From an uncultured cyanobacterium (GTDB lineage: Bacteria; Cyanobacteriota; Cyanobacteriia; Cyanobacteriales; CAWCAG01): 64,000 nt of DNA. The notes under the pieces were generated by a model that had not been told where the DNA came from, made no database searches, and worked only from the letters and a program-made list of their open reading frames with translations. The stretch is taken from assembly GCA_963803805.1 (NCBI GenBank), contig CAWDOD010000003.1:352001-416000 (forward strand), given 5' to 3'. Shown in pieces: positions 39,859 to 50,688 of this stretch. A program made the translations under genes and the position numbers. Every line of letters begins with the position of its first letter. The first letter of the stretch is position 1.

Positions 39859-41025
39859 TTAGATTTCTTGCCCTAAGAGATCCTCAATCGCCTTACGTTC
39901 TTGTGGTTCGTCTGTGGGTAAACTTTGGCGAGTGTCGGTAATTAACCAATCTAAGGCTGCTGCACGGACATCAATTGCTGTACCTGTCTTATCAACGCAA
40001 TAACGTCCAAATACCAGCTTATCAACTAACCGTACCCCAGGCCCTAAACGGGAGTATTCAAAAATAACACTCTTGTCTACCGTTGCCCCCTTGCAAACCC
40101 AACAATTGGGACCAATCATAGTAGGGCCAATAATCTTAGCACCATCTTCAATTTTAGTCATACCACCAATATAAACTGGCCCTGTAATGTCAACTTTGTC
40201 CCAATTAACTGCCACATTCAAACCTGTAAAAATGCCGGGGGCAACTTCTGTCCCTGGTATATCAACATTTTTGATTTCCCCTTGTAACACTCCTTGAATA
40301 GCATTCCAATAGTCAGGAACTTTACCAATATCCACCCATTCAAAATCCATAGAGACAGCATAAAAAGGGGCATTATTCTCTACCAACTTAGGGAATAATT
40401 CGCCACCAATATCGTACTTTTGATTTGGGGGAATATAATCAATCACCTCTGGTTCAAAAATGTAAATCCCGGTATTAATTTCATTACTTAGTGCTTCTTC
40501 AACCGTCGGCTTTTCTTGGAAAGCTTTAATTTTTCCCTCTTCATCTGTAACCACCACCCCATAACTAGAGACTTGTTCTTTGGGAACTGATTTAGTAACT
40601 ACTGTGGCGATCGCCCCTTTTTCCCGGTGTTTTTTCACAGCAGCAGTAAGATCCAAATCGATTAAAGCATCCCCGCAAAGAACAATGAAAGTATCATCAA
40701 AGAAAGGAGAAAAATCTTGAATGCGTCGCAATCCTCCAGCAGAACCCATCGCTTCCCCAATTAAACGTCCGTCATCGACGATTTTCCCCTCAAAGGAATA
40801 GGCAATATCTACCCCAAAACGCTGTCCATCCCGAAAATAAGCTTCTATACGATCAGCAAGATGGCTAACATTAACCATAACCTGATCAAAGCCATGACTC
40901 CTAAGCAGTTCTAGCAAGAACTCCATCACTGGTTTCTGAAAAATTGGAATCAGTGGTTTGGGAATTGTGTGAGTAATTGGACGCACGCGAGTACCTTTGC
41001 CAGCGGCTAGGATCATGGCTTTCAT
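39859..41025 (-). CDS. cugP: NDP-sugar pyrophosphorylase (cyanobacterial UDP-glucose pyrophosphorylase CugP-like)
   Basis: MKAMILAAGKGTRVRP, GSAGG, FQEKP, WVDIG, C-terminal hexapeptide region. Confidence 0.8.
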   Translation of the reverse strand: MKAMILAAGKGTRVRPITHTIPKPLIPIFQKPVMEFLLELLRSHGFDQVMVNVSHLADRIEAYFRDGQRFGVDIAYSFEGKIVDDGRLIGEAMGSAGGLRRIQDFSPFFDDTFIVLCGDALIDLDLTAAVKKHREKGAIATVVTKSVPKEQVSSYGVVVTDEEGKIKAFQEKPTVEEALSNEINTGIYIFEPEVIDYIPPNQKYDIGGELFPKLVENNAPFYAVSMDFEWVDIGKVPDYWNAIQGVLQGEIKNVDIPGTEVAPGIFTGLNVAVNWDKVDITGPVYIGGMTKIEDGAKIIGPTMIGPNCWVCKGATVDKSVIFEYSRLGPGVRLVDKLVFGRYCVDKTGTAIDVRAAALDWLITDTRQSLPTDEPQERKAIEDLLGQEI

Positions 41026-41173
41026 ATTTATTTGTCCCTCAACCCTAAATCAAATTTTGTTTACTGATTTTGTTCAACGTATCTAAGCCTTCATTATGAA
41101 TACTTAGGGTCAAACTATTCTGTTTTAACTCATTTAGATTGATAATGATGGTCTTTTAACCGTTTTGAGCTTA

Positions 41174-41962
41174 TCATCTTAAAGGTTTTATTCTTAAATC
41201 CTGGTAAAATTCATCTTGAGATAACTCTACTTTTGACTGTGCCGAAAGTAAGAGTAAAGCCCAAAAAACCCCTACCTTATCGTGAGTTTTAGAACCATGG
41301 TAAGTATCGTTTCTGCTGGTAGCCTCACTCCACCAATTCAATAATTGCTCCAAGTTTAACCAACTTTGTTCTGGAGAAAGTTGGGGTAATTCAAAAGTTA
41401 AAAATTGTTCTAATTGGCTGGCTACCTCGGTAAGATTCTCATTATGTGCTAGTTGGGTAACAATACGGGTTGCTTCTTGGCGAGAGTGGCGGCGGTTATG
41501 CCCTGAATCTGAAGAGGAGGGAGTTTCTTCTAGGGTGGCAGCTATTTCTTTGATTTGCCCAATCAATTCGTTTAAGGTTACTCTCCTGCGACGCAAAGGA
41601 GGAGCGCTAGGACGGCGACGAATGTGCTTCTCTAGGCGTACAGGTAAACGCCGTTTCCCCTCTACCTCTACTATCTCCTCTTCTAAAAAATCTTCATCTT
41701 CTGGTTCCTCTTCCAGTTTTTGCAGGGTATCAGCTTTGAGGAAAACTAGCATTGATGCCCACAAAAAAGCTTGTCCTGATTGAGGTAAATCAGCTTCTTG
41801 GGTTCCTGGTTCAGAGTTGCCAGGAAGTGTCAATTTACTTAAATAGCGATCAATCACCTCAATCACCTGGACATCCCAAGGATCAATTTCTCCCCGTTGG
41901 GCTAAATCAAGTAAAACTGCGATCGCTCCATCAACACTTTCTGGCATTTTTTCGATGATCAA
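41174..41962 (-). CDS. scpA: Segregation and condensation protein A
   Basis: GEIDPWDV, ASMLVFLKA, C-terminal FWALLLLS...VELSQDEFYQDL kleisin motif. Confidence 0.9.
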   Translation of the reverse strand: MIIEKMPESVDGAIAVLLDLAQRGEIDPWDVQVIEVIDRYLSKLTLPGNSEPGTQEADLPQSGQAFLWASMLVFLKADTLQKLEEEPEDEDFLEEEIVEVEGKRRLPVRLEKHIRRRPSAPPLRRRRVTLNELIGQIKEIAATLEETPSSSDSGHNRRHSRQEATRIVTQLAHNENLTEVASQLEQFLTFELPQLSPEQSWLNLEQLLNWWSEATSRNDTYHGSKTHDKVGVFWALLLLSAQSKVELSQDEFYQDLRIKPLR

Positions 41963-42148
41963 TGATCAAGTATTTGAAACTCTTTATAAAGCTAAAGCTA
42001 GACATAGGGCAAAAATTAAGATGAAATTAATTTGTGACATAACAATTTACTCTTTACACTTCAACAGATAAATTTAAACAAGGGAAAGAGGCAACCTAAT
42101 AACAAATATGGAGAAAAGCTATAATTCCTTTTGACTTACTATACCTAA

Positions 42149-42794
42149 ATGAATTTGTCCATTGCTGATTTACGCCAAAATTATACTCTTGCTGGTTTAA
42201 CAGAAGAATATGCTTCTGCTAATCCTTTTGAGTTATTTCAAACTTGGTTTAATCAAGCCCTAGAAGCCAAGTTAAACGAACCTAATGCAATGACCCTTGC
42301 TACAGCTACTCCTGATGGTAAACCTTCAGCCCGAATGGTTCTACTGAAGGGTTTTAATGAACAGGGCTTTATCTTTTATACCAACTATGAAAGTAAAAAA
42401 GGGCAACAATTATTGCAAAATCCTTGGGTCCTCCTTAGTTTTTTGGTGGGCTGAATTAGAAAGACAGGTCAGAATTTCAGGTGAAGTAGAAAAAACTTCT
42501 CACCAAGAATCCGATGAGTATTTTAAAAGCCGTCCCCATAATTCTCAATTAGGTGCTTGGGCATCAGCTCAAAGTCAAGTTATTCCTAATCGTCAGATGC
42601 TAGAAGAGAAATTGAAAGCGATTAAAGAGCAGTATACTGAACAAACAGTACCGCGTCCGTCCTATTGGGGAGGATTCAGGGTTATGCCCCAGTCTATAGA
42701 GTTTTGGCAAGGAAGACCTAGTAGATTACACGACCGCTTACTTTACCAAAAAAGTCAAGATGGGAATTGGATCAAGAAAAGATTATCACCCTAG
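42149..42794 (+). pseudogene. pdxH: Pyridoxamine 5'-phosphate oxidase split by a +1 frameshift at ~42426-42430
   Basis: EPNAMTLAT, PSARMVLLKG, FYTNYESKKG in ORF1; SLVFWW..LERQVRI, SQLGAWAS, EFWQGRPSRLHDR in ORF2. Confidence 0.88.
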
Positions 42795-42809
42795 CAGCTA
42801 ATTCTTTAA

Positions 42810-44288
42810 ATGACTAATGATCTTTTAAGCAACCGCTATCGCTTACTTCGTCCTCTAGGTAAGGGGGGTTTCGGCGAGACTTTTTTAGCCGAAGATACCC
42901 ATATGCCATCAGGAAGAAGTTGCGTTATCAAGTTGCTTAAACCTATGACCCAAGATCCTAAAGTATATGAACTTGTTAAAGAAAGGTTTCAAAGGGAAGC
43001 GGCTATTCTTGAAGAATTAGGGGAAGCCAACAATCAAATTCCGAGACTTTATGCCTATTTTACTGAAGAGGAGCAATTTTATTTAGTTCAAAAGTGGATT
43101 CAAGGAGCTACCTTAGCTGAAAAAGTCCAACAGCAAGGGCGTTTGGGGGAAGAAGAAGTTAGGAGAATTCTGGTTGGTATTTTGCCTGTATTGGATTATG
43201 TTCACAGCAAAAAGATTGTTCACCGAGATATTAAACCAGAAAATATTATCTTACGATTCTCTGACCAGAAACCAGTTTTAATTGATTTTGGGGCAGTAAA
43301 AGAAGCCATGGGAACAGTAGTTAATTCCCAAGGTAATACCACTAGTTCCATTGTTATCGGCACTCCTGGTTTCATGCCCAGTGAACAGGCGGCGGGAAGA
43401 CCCCTTTATTCTAGCGATTTGTATAGTTTGGGTTTAGTAGCAATTTATTTGCTTTCTGGACAAAAACCTCAAATGTTGGCAACAGACTCTTTAACAGGAG
43501 AGGTTCTCTGGCGAAAGTATGTTAGTCAAGTTAGTTCCGAGTTAGCTGCTGTCTTAGATAAAGCAATTAGATATCATCCTAGAGAGCGCTTTCCTACAGC
43601 TATGGATATGTTGGCGGCGTTGGAAAATCAGGAAATAAGTTTTCCTGCTACTGTTGCATACGGTGTCCCCACAGAACCCCCTCCTTCTACCACTCAACCT
43701 CCGCCGTCAACTCTATCTCCCACCATACCCGTAGCCCCCACTTCCCAAGAACCTTCCTTGGTTGGCCCTAGAAAGACTTCGTTTCAGGCAACCCAGGCTG
43801 GATATCAGCAAAACCTGTTCTTAAGTGCTTTTGTGGCGTTACTAATTTTAGGGGGTTTAATTGGTAGTTCAGTGGCTATTGGTCGTTTGATAACTCGTTC
43901 TCCAGAAACCTCACCAGTTGAGTCGTTTACCAACAGCAGCAATCAAACCCAGCGCCCTTCCCCGCAAAAAGCCATTGAAGATTATTATGAAGATATAAAC
44001 AATGGTCAATATCGAGCAGCTTGGGAGCGTTTACCACAAGGGTTGCAAAACGATCAAGGTTTACATCCAGAGGGCTATTTTTCCTATGTTAACTGGTGGG
44101 AAACTATCGATTCTGTGGATCTTCAAGACCTTAATGTAGTAGAAAATAATCCTGATACGGCTAAGGTTGATGTGCAGTTAGTCTATAACAAGAATGACGG
44201 AAAGGTTAGTCCCCAAAAATTACAATTTTCTCTCTTTTGGGATTACGATAACAATCAATGGATGTTTGCCAAAATAAGAGCAAAGTAA
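42810..44288 (+). CDS. Membrane-anchored Ser/Thr protein kinase with extracytoplasmic domain
   Basis: LGKGGFG, VIK, HRDIKPEN, DFG, GTPGF; Pro-rich linker; TM; C-terminal domain. Confidence 0.93.
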   Translation: MTNDLLSNRYRLLRPLGKGGFGETFLAEDTHMPSGRSCVIKLLKPMTQDPKVYELVKERFQREAAILEELGEANNQIPRLYAYFTEEEQFYLVQKWIQGATLAEKVQQQGRLGEEEVRRILVGILPVLDYVHSKKIVHRDIKPENIILRFSDQKPVLIDFGAVKEAMGTVVNSQGNTTSSIVIGTPGFMPSEQAAGRPLYSSDLYSLGLVAIYLLSGQKPQMLATDSLTGEVLWRKYVSQVSSELAAVLDKAIRYHPRERFPTAMDMLAALENQEISFPATVAYGVPTEPPPSTTQPPPSTLSPTIPVAPTSQEPSLVGPRKTSFQATQAGYQQNLFLSAFVALLILGGLIGSSVAIGRLITRSPETSPVESFTNSSNQTQRPSPQKAIEDYYEDINNGQYRAAWERLPQGLQNDQGLHPEGYFSYVNWWETIDSVDLQDLNVVENNPDTAKVDVQLVYNKNDGKVSPQKLQFSLFWDYDNNQWMFAKIRAK

Positions 44289-44462
44289 TTTGCTAATTGC
44301 TAAGAGATGATCAAGTTCGATACTGAAAAAATTTCCACTTAAATTCTGGCTAATAAGGGATAGAAACTATTCTCTTGCTAGACTAATTAACAAAGACTTC
44401 AAGTCCTGGACTGGTGGTTCTCCAGCTAGGACACACATACTAACAACTATCTCTAATTCTCT

Positions 44463-45209
44463 ATGTTGCTACATCTGTGTACTTGGCAAGAAGTGGAGGC
44501 ATATCTCGAAAAATCTCCAGGTATCATCATTCCGATCGGTTCGACTGAACAACATGGCCCCACAGGATTAATTGGTACGGATGCTATTTGTGCTGAGGCG
44601 ATCGCCAAAGGAGTGGGAGAAGCAACTCAAGGTTTGGTAGGACCGACGATTAATGTTGGTATGGCTCTTCACCATACTAATTTCCCTGGTAGTATTAGCT
44701 TGCGCCCTAGCACCCTCATTCAAGTAGTGGGTGACTATGTTACTTGTTTGGCCAACTCAGGATTTACTCATTTCTTTTTTATTAATGGCCATGGGGGAAA
44801 CATGGCTACATTAAAAGCAGCTTTTGCCGAAACTTATTACCACTTGTCCCACACCAACTTAGCCAGTGCAGAGAAAGTAAAGTGTAAGCTAGGTAACTGG
44901 TTTATGTGTAAGTCGGTTTATCAATTAGCTAAAAAACTCTACGGCGATCGCGAAGGTTCCCACGCTACTCCTAGCGAGGTAGCTTTGACTCAATACATCT
45001 ATCCTGATGTAATTAAAGAAGCCCCCCTATCTCCAGAAGTTGCTTCCGGGCATCCCATCTACAGCGCCGCTAACTTCCGCCTCCACTACCCAGATGGGCG
45101 TATGGGTTCTGACCCCAGCTTAGCAACTCCAGAACGAGGACAACAGTTTTATGAATTAGCTGTTCAAGATTTGAGCAATACTTATACAGAGTTTTTGAAA
45201 CAAGAATGA
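44463..45209 (+). CDS. Creatininase family amidohydrolase
   Basis: PIGSTEQHG, GTD, NGHGGN, SHATPSE. Confidence 0.9.
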   Translation: MLLHLCTWQEVEAYLEKSPGIIIPIGSTEQHGPTGLIGTDAICAEAIAKGVGEATQGLVGPTINVGMALHHTNFPGSISLRPSTLIQVVGDYVTCLANSGFTHFFFINGHGGNMATLKAAFAETYYHLSHTNLASAEKVKCKLGNWFMCKSVYQLAKKLYGDREGSHATPSEVALTQYIYPDVIKEAPLSPEVASGHPIYSAANFRLHYPDGRMGSDPSLATPERGQQFYELAVQDLSNTYTEFLKQE

Positions 45210-45358
45210 TTGCCTACTCATCAATTCTATCTCAAGCAAATTCCCGCTTTCTTAGCACGCATTGGTAGAGTAACTTCAGCCGGTACTTTAAGTTTTGACC
45301 CTAGTAAGTATTTATTGTTTTATTTACTGTAAGTACTAAAGTAATAGCTTTTTCGCTA

Positions 45359-45694
45359 TTAGTCTGTTACTTCCACATCAACTAATTCTACTTGATTTTT
45401 TTCGGGGACATCGGTTTTAATTTTCAGATGAGCCACATTGGTTATACCTACACTAACTTCTAAAGAAACTCTTTCTGTCGAAATGTTTTCTTTTCTAACT
45501 CGTTGACTAGCAATTTGTAGTACGTTAATAGCATTGTCAACCGCCGCTATTATAGCGTCTTCAGTTATTTCTTCAGCTTTATTTTCGGTGAGATTAGAAA
45601 CTTGGTTAACAACTTTTTTGCCTGTTTCTTCTACTGCATTAGATACTTGATTCATTAATTTTTTACTTTTTTTAGGTATATTGTCTAAATTCAT
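45359..45694 (-). CDS. Hypothetical protein
   Basis: 111-aa ORF with AGGA RBS; internal NQVSN repeat. Confidence 0.55.
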   Translation of the reverse strand: MNLDNIPKKSKKLMNQVSNAVEETGKKVVNQVSNLTENKAEEITEDAIIAAVDNAINVLQIASQRVRKENISTERVSLEVSVGITNVAHLKIKTDVPEKNQVELVDVEVTD

Positions 45695-45933
45695 TTATTA
45701 ATTGTTCCTGGTAGCAATTGAGTGAAAAATCCCCAAGTATCCTGAAAGGATATTAATTATTTAGATAATCTTATGAAAATCATTATAAACTAATAGCTAA
45801 GTTGGAACTATCCTACCCAAGTTAGATTAAAATAGCTTTTAAATACATATCTTTGGGGGAATATAACTTTATTTTATAGAGCAATTTATAGTGGCTCTAT
45901 AAACTTTTGCTTATCGAGTAAATTGAGTTGAAC

Positions 45934-47229
45934 TTAGAAAATAAATCCTAACTTTAACTGCCAAGTTTGCCCTTCACTACGAATAATCTCAATTTTTTGT
46001 AGAAATTCACGAAAATAAAACCTTCGTTCTGCTTCGGATAAATCTAACCAAAATTGAGGTAAAGAAACAGCTTGGGCGATCGCTTGTAAATTAACAGGGG
46101 GAAGTTGAGCTAATTTGGTTTTGATTTGAGCTATTTCTTGATTCAATTTATAGCGGCGCAAAGCAGCAGTTTCTTGATCTAGAATTCCTTGTTCTTCCAA
46201 GGTAGGTAACTGAAGCAAAATTCCTTCTTTTGTTTGGATATCTGCTTGGCAAGTTTGTTTAATAACTTCTAAATTAGGGCCTTGCATCTGTGCCACAGCC
46301 AAAGGTAGATCCTGACAAATACGCTCAATGGTTTGTTGAAGAACTTTTTGATAAGAGATTGCTTTGCATTTCGGTTTTTGAGGACAATTAATCGGCCGTA
46401 GATAAAGGTATTTGTATTTTTTATTCCTGGTTTTCACTTGAGTAATTGTCATTGCTGAGTTGCATTGGTGACAAACCACTAAACCCGCCAAAGAACGAGG
46501 CGCACTAGCTGTACGAGGTGCAATAAGGCTATTACGGCGCAACAAACGGTCAATTTGAGCAGCTTCTTCGGAGGAGATAATCGGTATATGGGTGTTGGTA
46601 ATAACTTCACCATTTTTATAAGCTAAATTACCGCGATAAACTGGATTAGTTAACCAACGTTTTCCTGTAGTGACAGAAATTTTCTTACCATATTTATTTT
46701 CTAAATACCTTACTGCTCCTCGCAAAGAACCGTAGATCAAAAAACGTTCAAAAAACTCTTTCACCACCGGGGCAGTACTACGATCAACAATATAACGGTC
46801 TTTGCCGCGACGATAGCCGTAGGGGGCTTTTCCTGGAGGAGGTAAAGCTTTAAGACGGTTACGGGCATGGCCTTGACGTAGACGATGACAATTTTGATTC
46901 TTAGCAACCTCTGTGGCGAGTTGCCATAAATTCCCTTGTGGTTCCCTTTCTAGAGAACTATAGGGCTGTTCTGTAGCGATAACTTCAATATCTAACTCTG
47001 CCAACTTTGTTAAGCGATCGCTCACCTCTTGTAAAGATGCCCCTAATTCTTCTAAGCGGCGAATGAGAAGATATTCCGGGGGGTCATCTTGGCAATCGAG
47101 AACCATCTGTCTAAGCTGTTGTCTCTCTCCTAAGTCTTGATAAACTCTATCCACCTCCAAGCCCCATATTTCTGGCTCTGGGGAAGATTCTAACAAAGGA
47201 TCGCTATAGATATAAGCGAATATTTTCAT
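45934..47229 (-). CDS. Large serine recombinase-family protein with degenerate catalytic domain
   Basis: GKAPYGY recombinase domain, LAGLVVCHQC...CPQKPKC Zn-ribbon, coiled coil; N-terminus YIYSD instead of YxRxS. Confidence 0.8.
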   Translation of the reverse strand: MKIFAYIYSDPLLESSPEPEIWGLEVDRVYQDLGERQQLRQMVLDCQDDPPEYLLIRRLEELGASLQEVSDRLTKLAELDIEVIATEQPYSSLEREPQGNLWQLATEVAKNQNCHRLRQGHARNRLKALPPPGKAPYGYRRGKDRYIVDRSTAPVVKEFFERFLIYGSLRGAVRYLENKYGKKISVTTGKRWLTNPVYRGNLAYKNGEVITNTHIPIISSEEAAQIDRLLRRNSLIAPRTASAPRSLAGLVVCHQCNSAMTITQVKTRNKKYKYLYLRPINCPQKPKCKAISYQKVLQQTIERICQDLPLAVAQMQGPNLEVIKQTCQADIQTKEGILLQLPTLEEQGILDQETAALRRYKLNQEIAQIKTKLAQLPPVNLQAIAQAVSLPQFWLDLSEAERRFYFREFLQKIEIIRSEGQTWQLKLGFIF

Positions 47230-47575
47230 TTTTTACCGACAAGCTTAAGAGAAGCTGAAACTCTATTCAATAATATTGAATCCAATGTAAATTATGATTC
47301 TCAAGAAAAGTTCCTACTTCTGGCTAGTCTACAACTTCCCAGAAAAAACTTAGACTTATTTGTAAGTAAAAGAAAAAGTGACACAACAAATCCAACCTTC
47401 TGGTTTAACCAAAAATCTTTTTTATATTGTGTCACTAATAAATAACATTTGCTCCTAGACGTATTATTTGCTTACTATTGGCTATTAAACAACGGCCAAA
47501 TGTCGCAAAGAAAAGCATTTTTTCTCAGCATATTGTCGTAGACGAAGTAGCCAATAACACTAGGATTTGCTTCTT

Positions 47576-48070
47576 TTACTGAACTGCCTCAACTTGAGCT
47601 TGAGAAAAGTAAAGCCAATTATTGCAACCTGAACCAGCACAAGTAGCTTCTACAGCGAAACTCTTAGCTGTCTCAGTACCTAGTAACAAACTTTTGACTT
47701 CTCCTGGTCTGACAGTTTCTGAACTAAACATTAGTCCATCTAAATAGAGATTAACGGTAATAGGAGCGCTGTTAGCTTGGGCATCATGAATCCCAAACTG
47801 AAGTTTGAGTAACAATCCGCCACTATTAATTTCTGGTAGTTTACAGGTCATTGCAGCCCCAGGATAAGCCCGCATAACCCCATTAAGAAACTGTCTGTTA
47901 ACAGAAAAATAATTCCTAGTTGCTTCAAAATCATTGCTTTTTTTACCATCAATATCTACACAAGGTAGATCTAGTAAAAAAATGGCTTCTTGGGCAGCTA
48001 AAGAAGAACTTCCTGCAACCACCAAAACAACAGAGGCGATCACCGCAGCGAGAAATTTAATAGGTTGCAT
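47576..48070 (-). CDS. Secreted beta-sandwich protein (NPCBM-like)
   Basis: Signal peptide; LQFGIHD...VNLYLDG pattern. Confidence 0.5.
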   Translation of the reverse strand: MQPIKFLAAVIASVVLVVAGSSSLAAQEAIFLLDLPCVDIDGKKSNDFEATRNYFSVNRQFLNGVMRAYPGAAMTCKLPEINSGGLLLKLQFGIHDAQANSAPITVNLYLDGLMFSSETVRPGEVKSLLLGTETAKSFAVEATCAGSGCNNWLYFSQAQVEAVQ

Positions 48071-48273
48071 AAACTAAGCTAAAGGTTTTAGATTTCAACA
48101 TCCTCTAATTTAAGATTTAGAGTTTTGAGGTTTAACTTTTCTTACAAGCTTGATTTTAGGCGATTTGAGTATCAATTCACTATAGGCATTTGGGGAACCA
48201 TTGATATAACATCGAAGCAGTCAATCAAATGTTCTGTCTCTAATTTATTATTTAACTGTCTAATCAGCTCCCT

Positions 48274-50571
48274 ATGACTAAGCAGTCGGTCAATCGAGGA
48301 CTTTCTTCATCTTTAGAAATTCTCAAGCCAACGTTGGACTTGCCCACAAATTTTTTAGATTTAACTAATGCTTTGGCGACAGTTTTAGATCCTTCAGGAT
48401 GTATTGTTTACAGCAATCAAGCCTGTACCAATTTGCTTGGTTATTCTTCTCAAGAACTATTAGGGCGCTATATTTGGGAATTTCTTACTCTTTCAGTCCA
48501 GAAAGAGTCGTTGCAAGCAGATTTTTCTCAGTTGAACTTTAAAGAATTTCCTGTTGAACAGGAAAATTGCTGGCTAACTAAACACAAAGAAACACGCTGG
48601 ATTGCTTGGACAAATAACACTTGTTTTGACAATCAGGGTAGAGTGGCCTATGTTATTGCCACAGGTATTGATATCACCAACCGCAAGCTCACAGAAACAA
48701 GATTGCAGAATCAATGCAATCTCCTCCAATCAGTAATCCAAGCTACTCCAGATGTGGTTTTTGTCAAAGATTTACAAGGAAACTTTCAACTCATTAACGA
48801 ACCTTTTGCACGTCTGTTTAACAAAAAAGTTGAAGATATTGTGGGAAAACATATGAGTTCCATTTTCCCCCCCAAAGTATGTGTTCAATTAAAAATAGAT
48901 GATGCCCAAATTATTGCCTCTGGTGAGTCAGAGACTTTTGAAGAAAACGTCTTTATCCAAGGGGAATGGCGTACTTATTTGACCACTAAAGCTCCTTATC
49001 GTGATATTGAAGGTAATATTCTTGGTGTAGCTGGTTTTGCTAAAGATGTTAATTACCTCAAACAAATTCAAAGACAGTTAAGGGAAGCAAATGGAGAATT
49101 GGAAAAAAGGGTACAAGAACGTACCAGAGAATTGCAAAAAGCTAATCAACAATTGCAGCGTTACGTAGAAAATTCCCCCATGGCAGTGGTGGAATGGAAT
49201 AATGAATTTTGCATCCAAGTTTGGTCGCCAGCAGCAGAACAAATGTTTGGTTGGCAAGAACAGGAAGTTTGCGGTAAATGTCTTTTTAAATGGCGATTTT
49301 TCCACGAGGAAGATGCAAAAACAATTCAAAGTACCGCTCAAGTTTTACTTGATGGGGGACAAGAGAGTGAAGTTAACTCGATTCGCAACTATACCAAAAC
49401 AGGTAAGATAATCCATTGTGAATGGTATCACTCGGTATTATTTGACGAAAATGGTAAATTTATTTCGATTCTTTCTTTAGTATTAGATGTCAGCGAACGT
49501 AAACAAGCCCAAGAAGCGCGAGATCGCTTTTTCGATTTGTCTATGGATATGATGACCATTGCTAACGATCAAGGCAACTTCCTACAAGTTAACCCAGCAG
49601 TAACCAGAATTCTCGGTTATACACCCCAAGAGTTTATCGCAAAGCCTTGTATTGAGGTAATTCATCCTGAAGATAGGGAAGCAACTTTAGCTGAAGTAAG
49701 CAAACTTTTGTCTGGTATTCCCAGTCTCTATTTTGAGAGTCGCTATCGTAGCCAGGACGGTACTTACAAATCTCTAGCTTGGACATCTGTTGCTGTACCA
49801 ACTGAAGGTATTATATATGGCGTTGCTCGCGACATTACAGAACGCAAGGAAGCAGAAGCAGCCCTAGAACGGGCTAATCTCGAATTAGCCCGTTCTAACC
49901 AAGAATTAGAGCAATTTGCCTCTGTTGCTTCCCACGACTTACGGGAACCTGTGCGTAAAGTCCAAAGTTTTGCTGAACTGTTAGTAGAAGGGTATAGTGA
50001 TCGCCTTGATGGCAGTGCAGAAAAATACTTGAACTACATCATAGATGGGGCTACAAGGATGCAAACTATGATCCAAGACCTCTTGACTTATTCTCGTTTA
50101 GGTAGGAATGAGATTGCTTTAAAACCAACAGATTTAGAAAAAGTTCTTAAGCAAGTTACTGATGATTTGAGTATTACTATCGAAGAAAATCAGGCACAAA
50201 TAGTTTGGGAGAATCTCCCTACAGTTCTTGCCAATCCATCAGAAATGATGCAATTATTCCAGAATTTGATTAGTAATGGGATTAAATTTCACGGCGAAGC
50301 TGCACCTCGAATTAAGATTCAAGCTCAACTGGAGGAGGGAAAATGGCTAATTTCTGTCCAGGATAATGGTATTGGTATTAATCCTAAGTTTACCGAGCGC
50401 ATTTTTGTACTTTTCCAAAGATTGCACAGTCGCAATAAGTATCCAGGTACAGGAATTGGTTTAGCCGTTTGCCGCAAAATTGTTGAGCATCACGGCGGGA
50501 AAATCTGGATAGAGTCTGAGGTGGGCAAAGGAACAACTTTCTACTTTACTTTGCCTAAGTGTAAAAGCTAA
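48274..50571 (+). CDS. Cytoplasmic multi-PAS sensor histidine kinase
   Basis: Four PAS/PAC units (DIT/DVS ends), H-box ASHDLREP, NLISNGIKF, DNGIGI, GTGIGL. Confidence 0.95.
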   Translation: MTKQSVNRGLSSSLEILKPTLDLPTNFLDLTNALATVLDPSGCIVYSNQACTNLLGYSSQELLGRYIWEFLTLSVQKESLQADFSQLNFKEFPVEQENCWLTKHKETRWIAWTNNTCFDNQGRVAYVIATGIDITNRKLTETRLQNQCNLLQSVIQATPDVVFVKDLQGNFQLINEPFARLFNKKVEDIVGKHMSSIFPPKVCVQLKIDDAQIIASGESETFEENVFIQGEWRTYLTTKAPYRDIEGNILGVAGFAKDVNYLKQIQRQLREANGELEKRVQERTRELQKANQQLQRYVENSPMAVVEWNNEFCIQVWSPAAEQMFGWQEQEVCGKCLFKWRFFHEEDAKTIQSTAQVLLDGGQESEVNSIRNYTKTGKIIHCEWYHSVLFDENGKFISILSLVLDVSERKQAQEARDRFFDLSMDMMTIANDQGNFLQVNPAVTRILGYTPQEFIAKPCIEVIHPEDREATLAEVSKLLSGIPSLYFESRYRSQDGTYKSLAWTSVAVPTEGIIYGVARDITERKEAEAALERANLELARSNQELEQFASVASHDLREPVRKVQSFAELLVEGYSDRLDGSAEKYLNYIIDGATRMQTMIQDLLTYSRLGRNEIALKPTDLEKVLKQVTDDLSITIEENQAQIVWENLPTVLANPSEMMQLFQNLISNGIKFHGEAAPRIKIQAQLEEGKWLISVQDNGIGINPKFTERIFVLFQRLHSRNKYPGTGIGLAVCRKIVEHHGGKIWIESEVGKGTTFYFTLPKCKS

Positions 50572-50688
50572 TCATACCAAACCAGCCGTAGGCATCGCAT
50601 GATACATATAAGTCCCAGAAATTAGAAATAACAAACGTTTTCCGAAAGTGACACAATAGGTATGAGATTAAAAGGGAATTGCCTGGCT

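Noticed and set aside
44403-44432. Hairpin upstream of the creatininase-family gene, considered as a riboswitch
   Set aside because: A single imperfect stem with no recognisable aptamer consensus.
47377-47436. 10-bp inverted repeat AGTGACACAA...TTGTGTCACT upstream of the recombinase-like gene, considered as an att site
   Set aside because: It has a 40-nt spacer and no partner site. With a minus-strand T-run it is equally explained as a 3' structure of the upstream gene.
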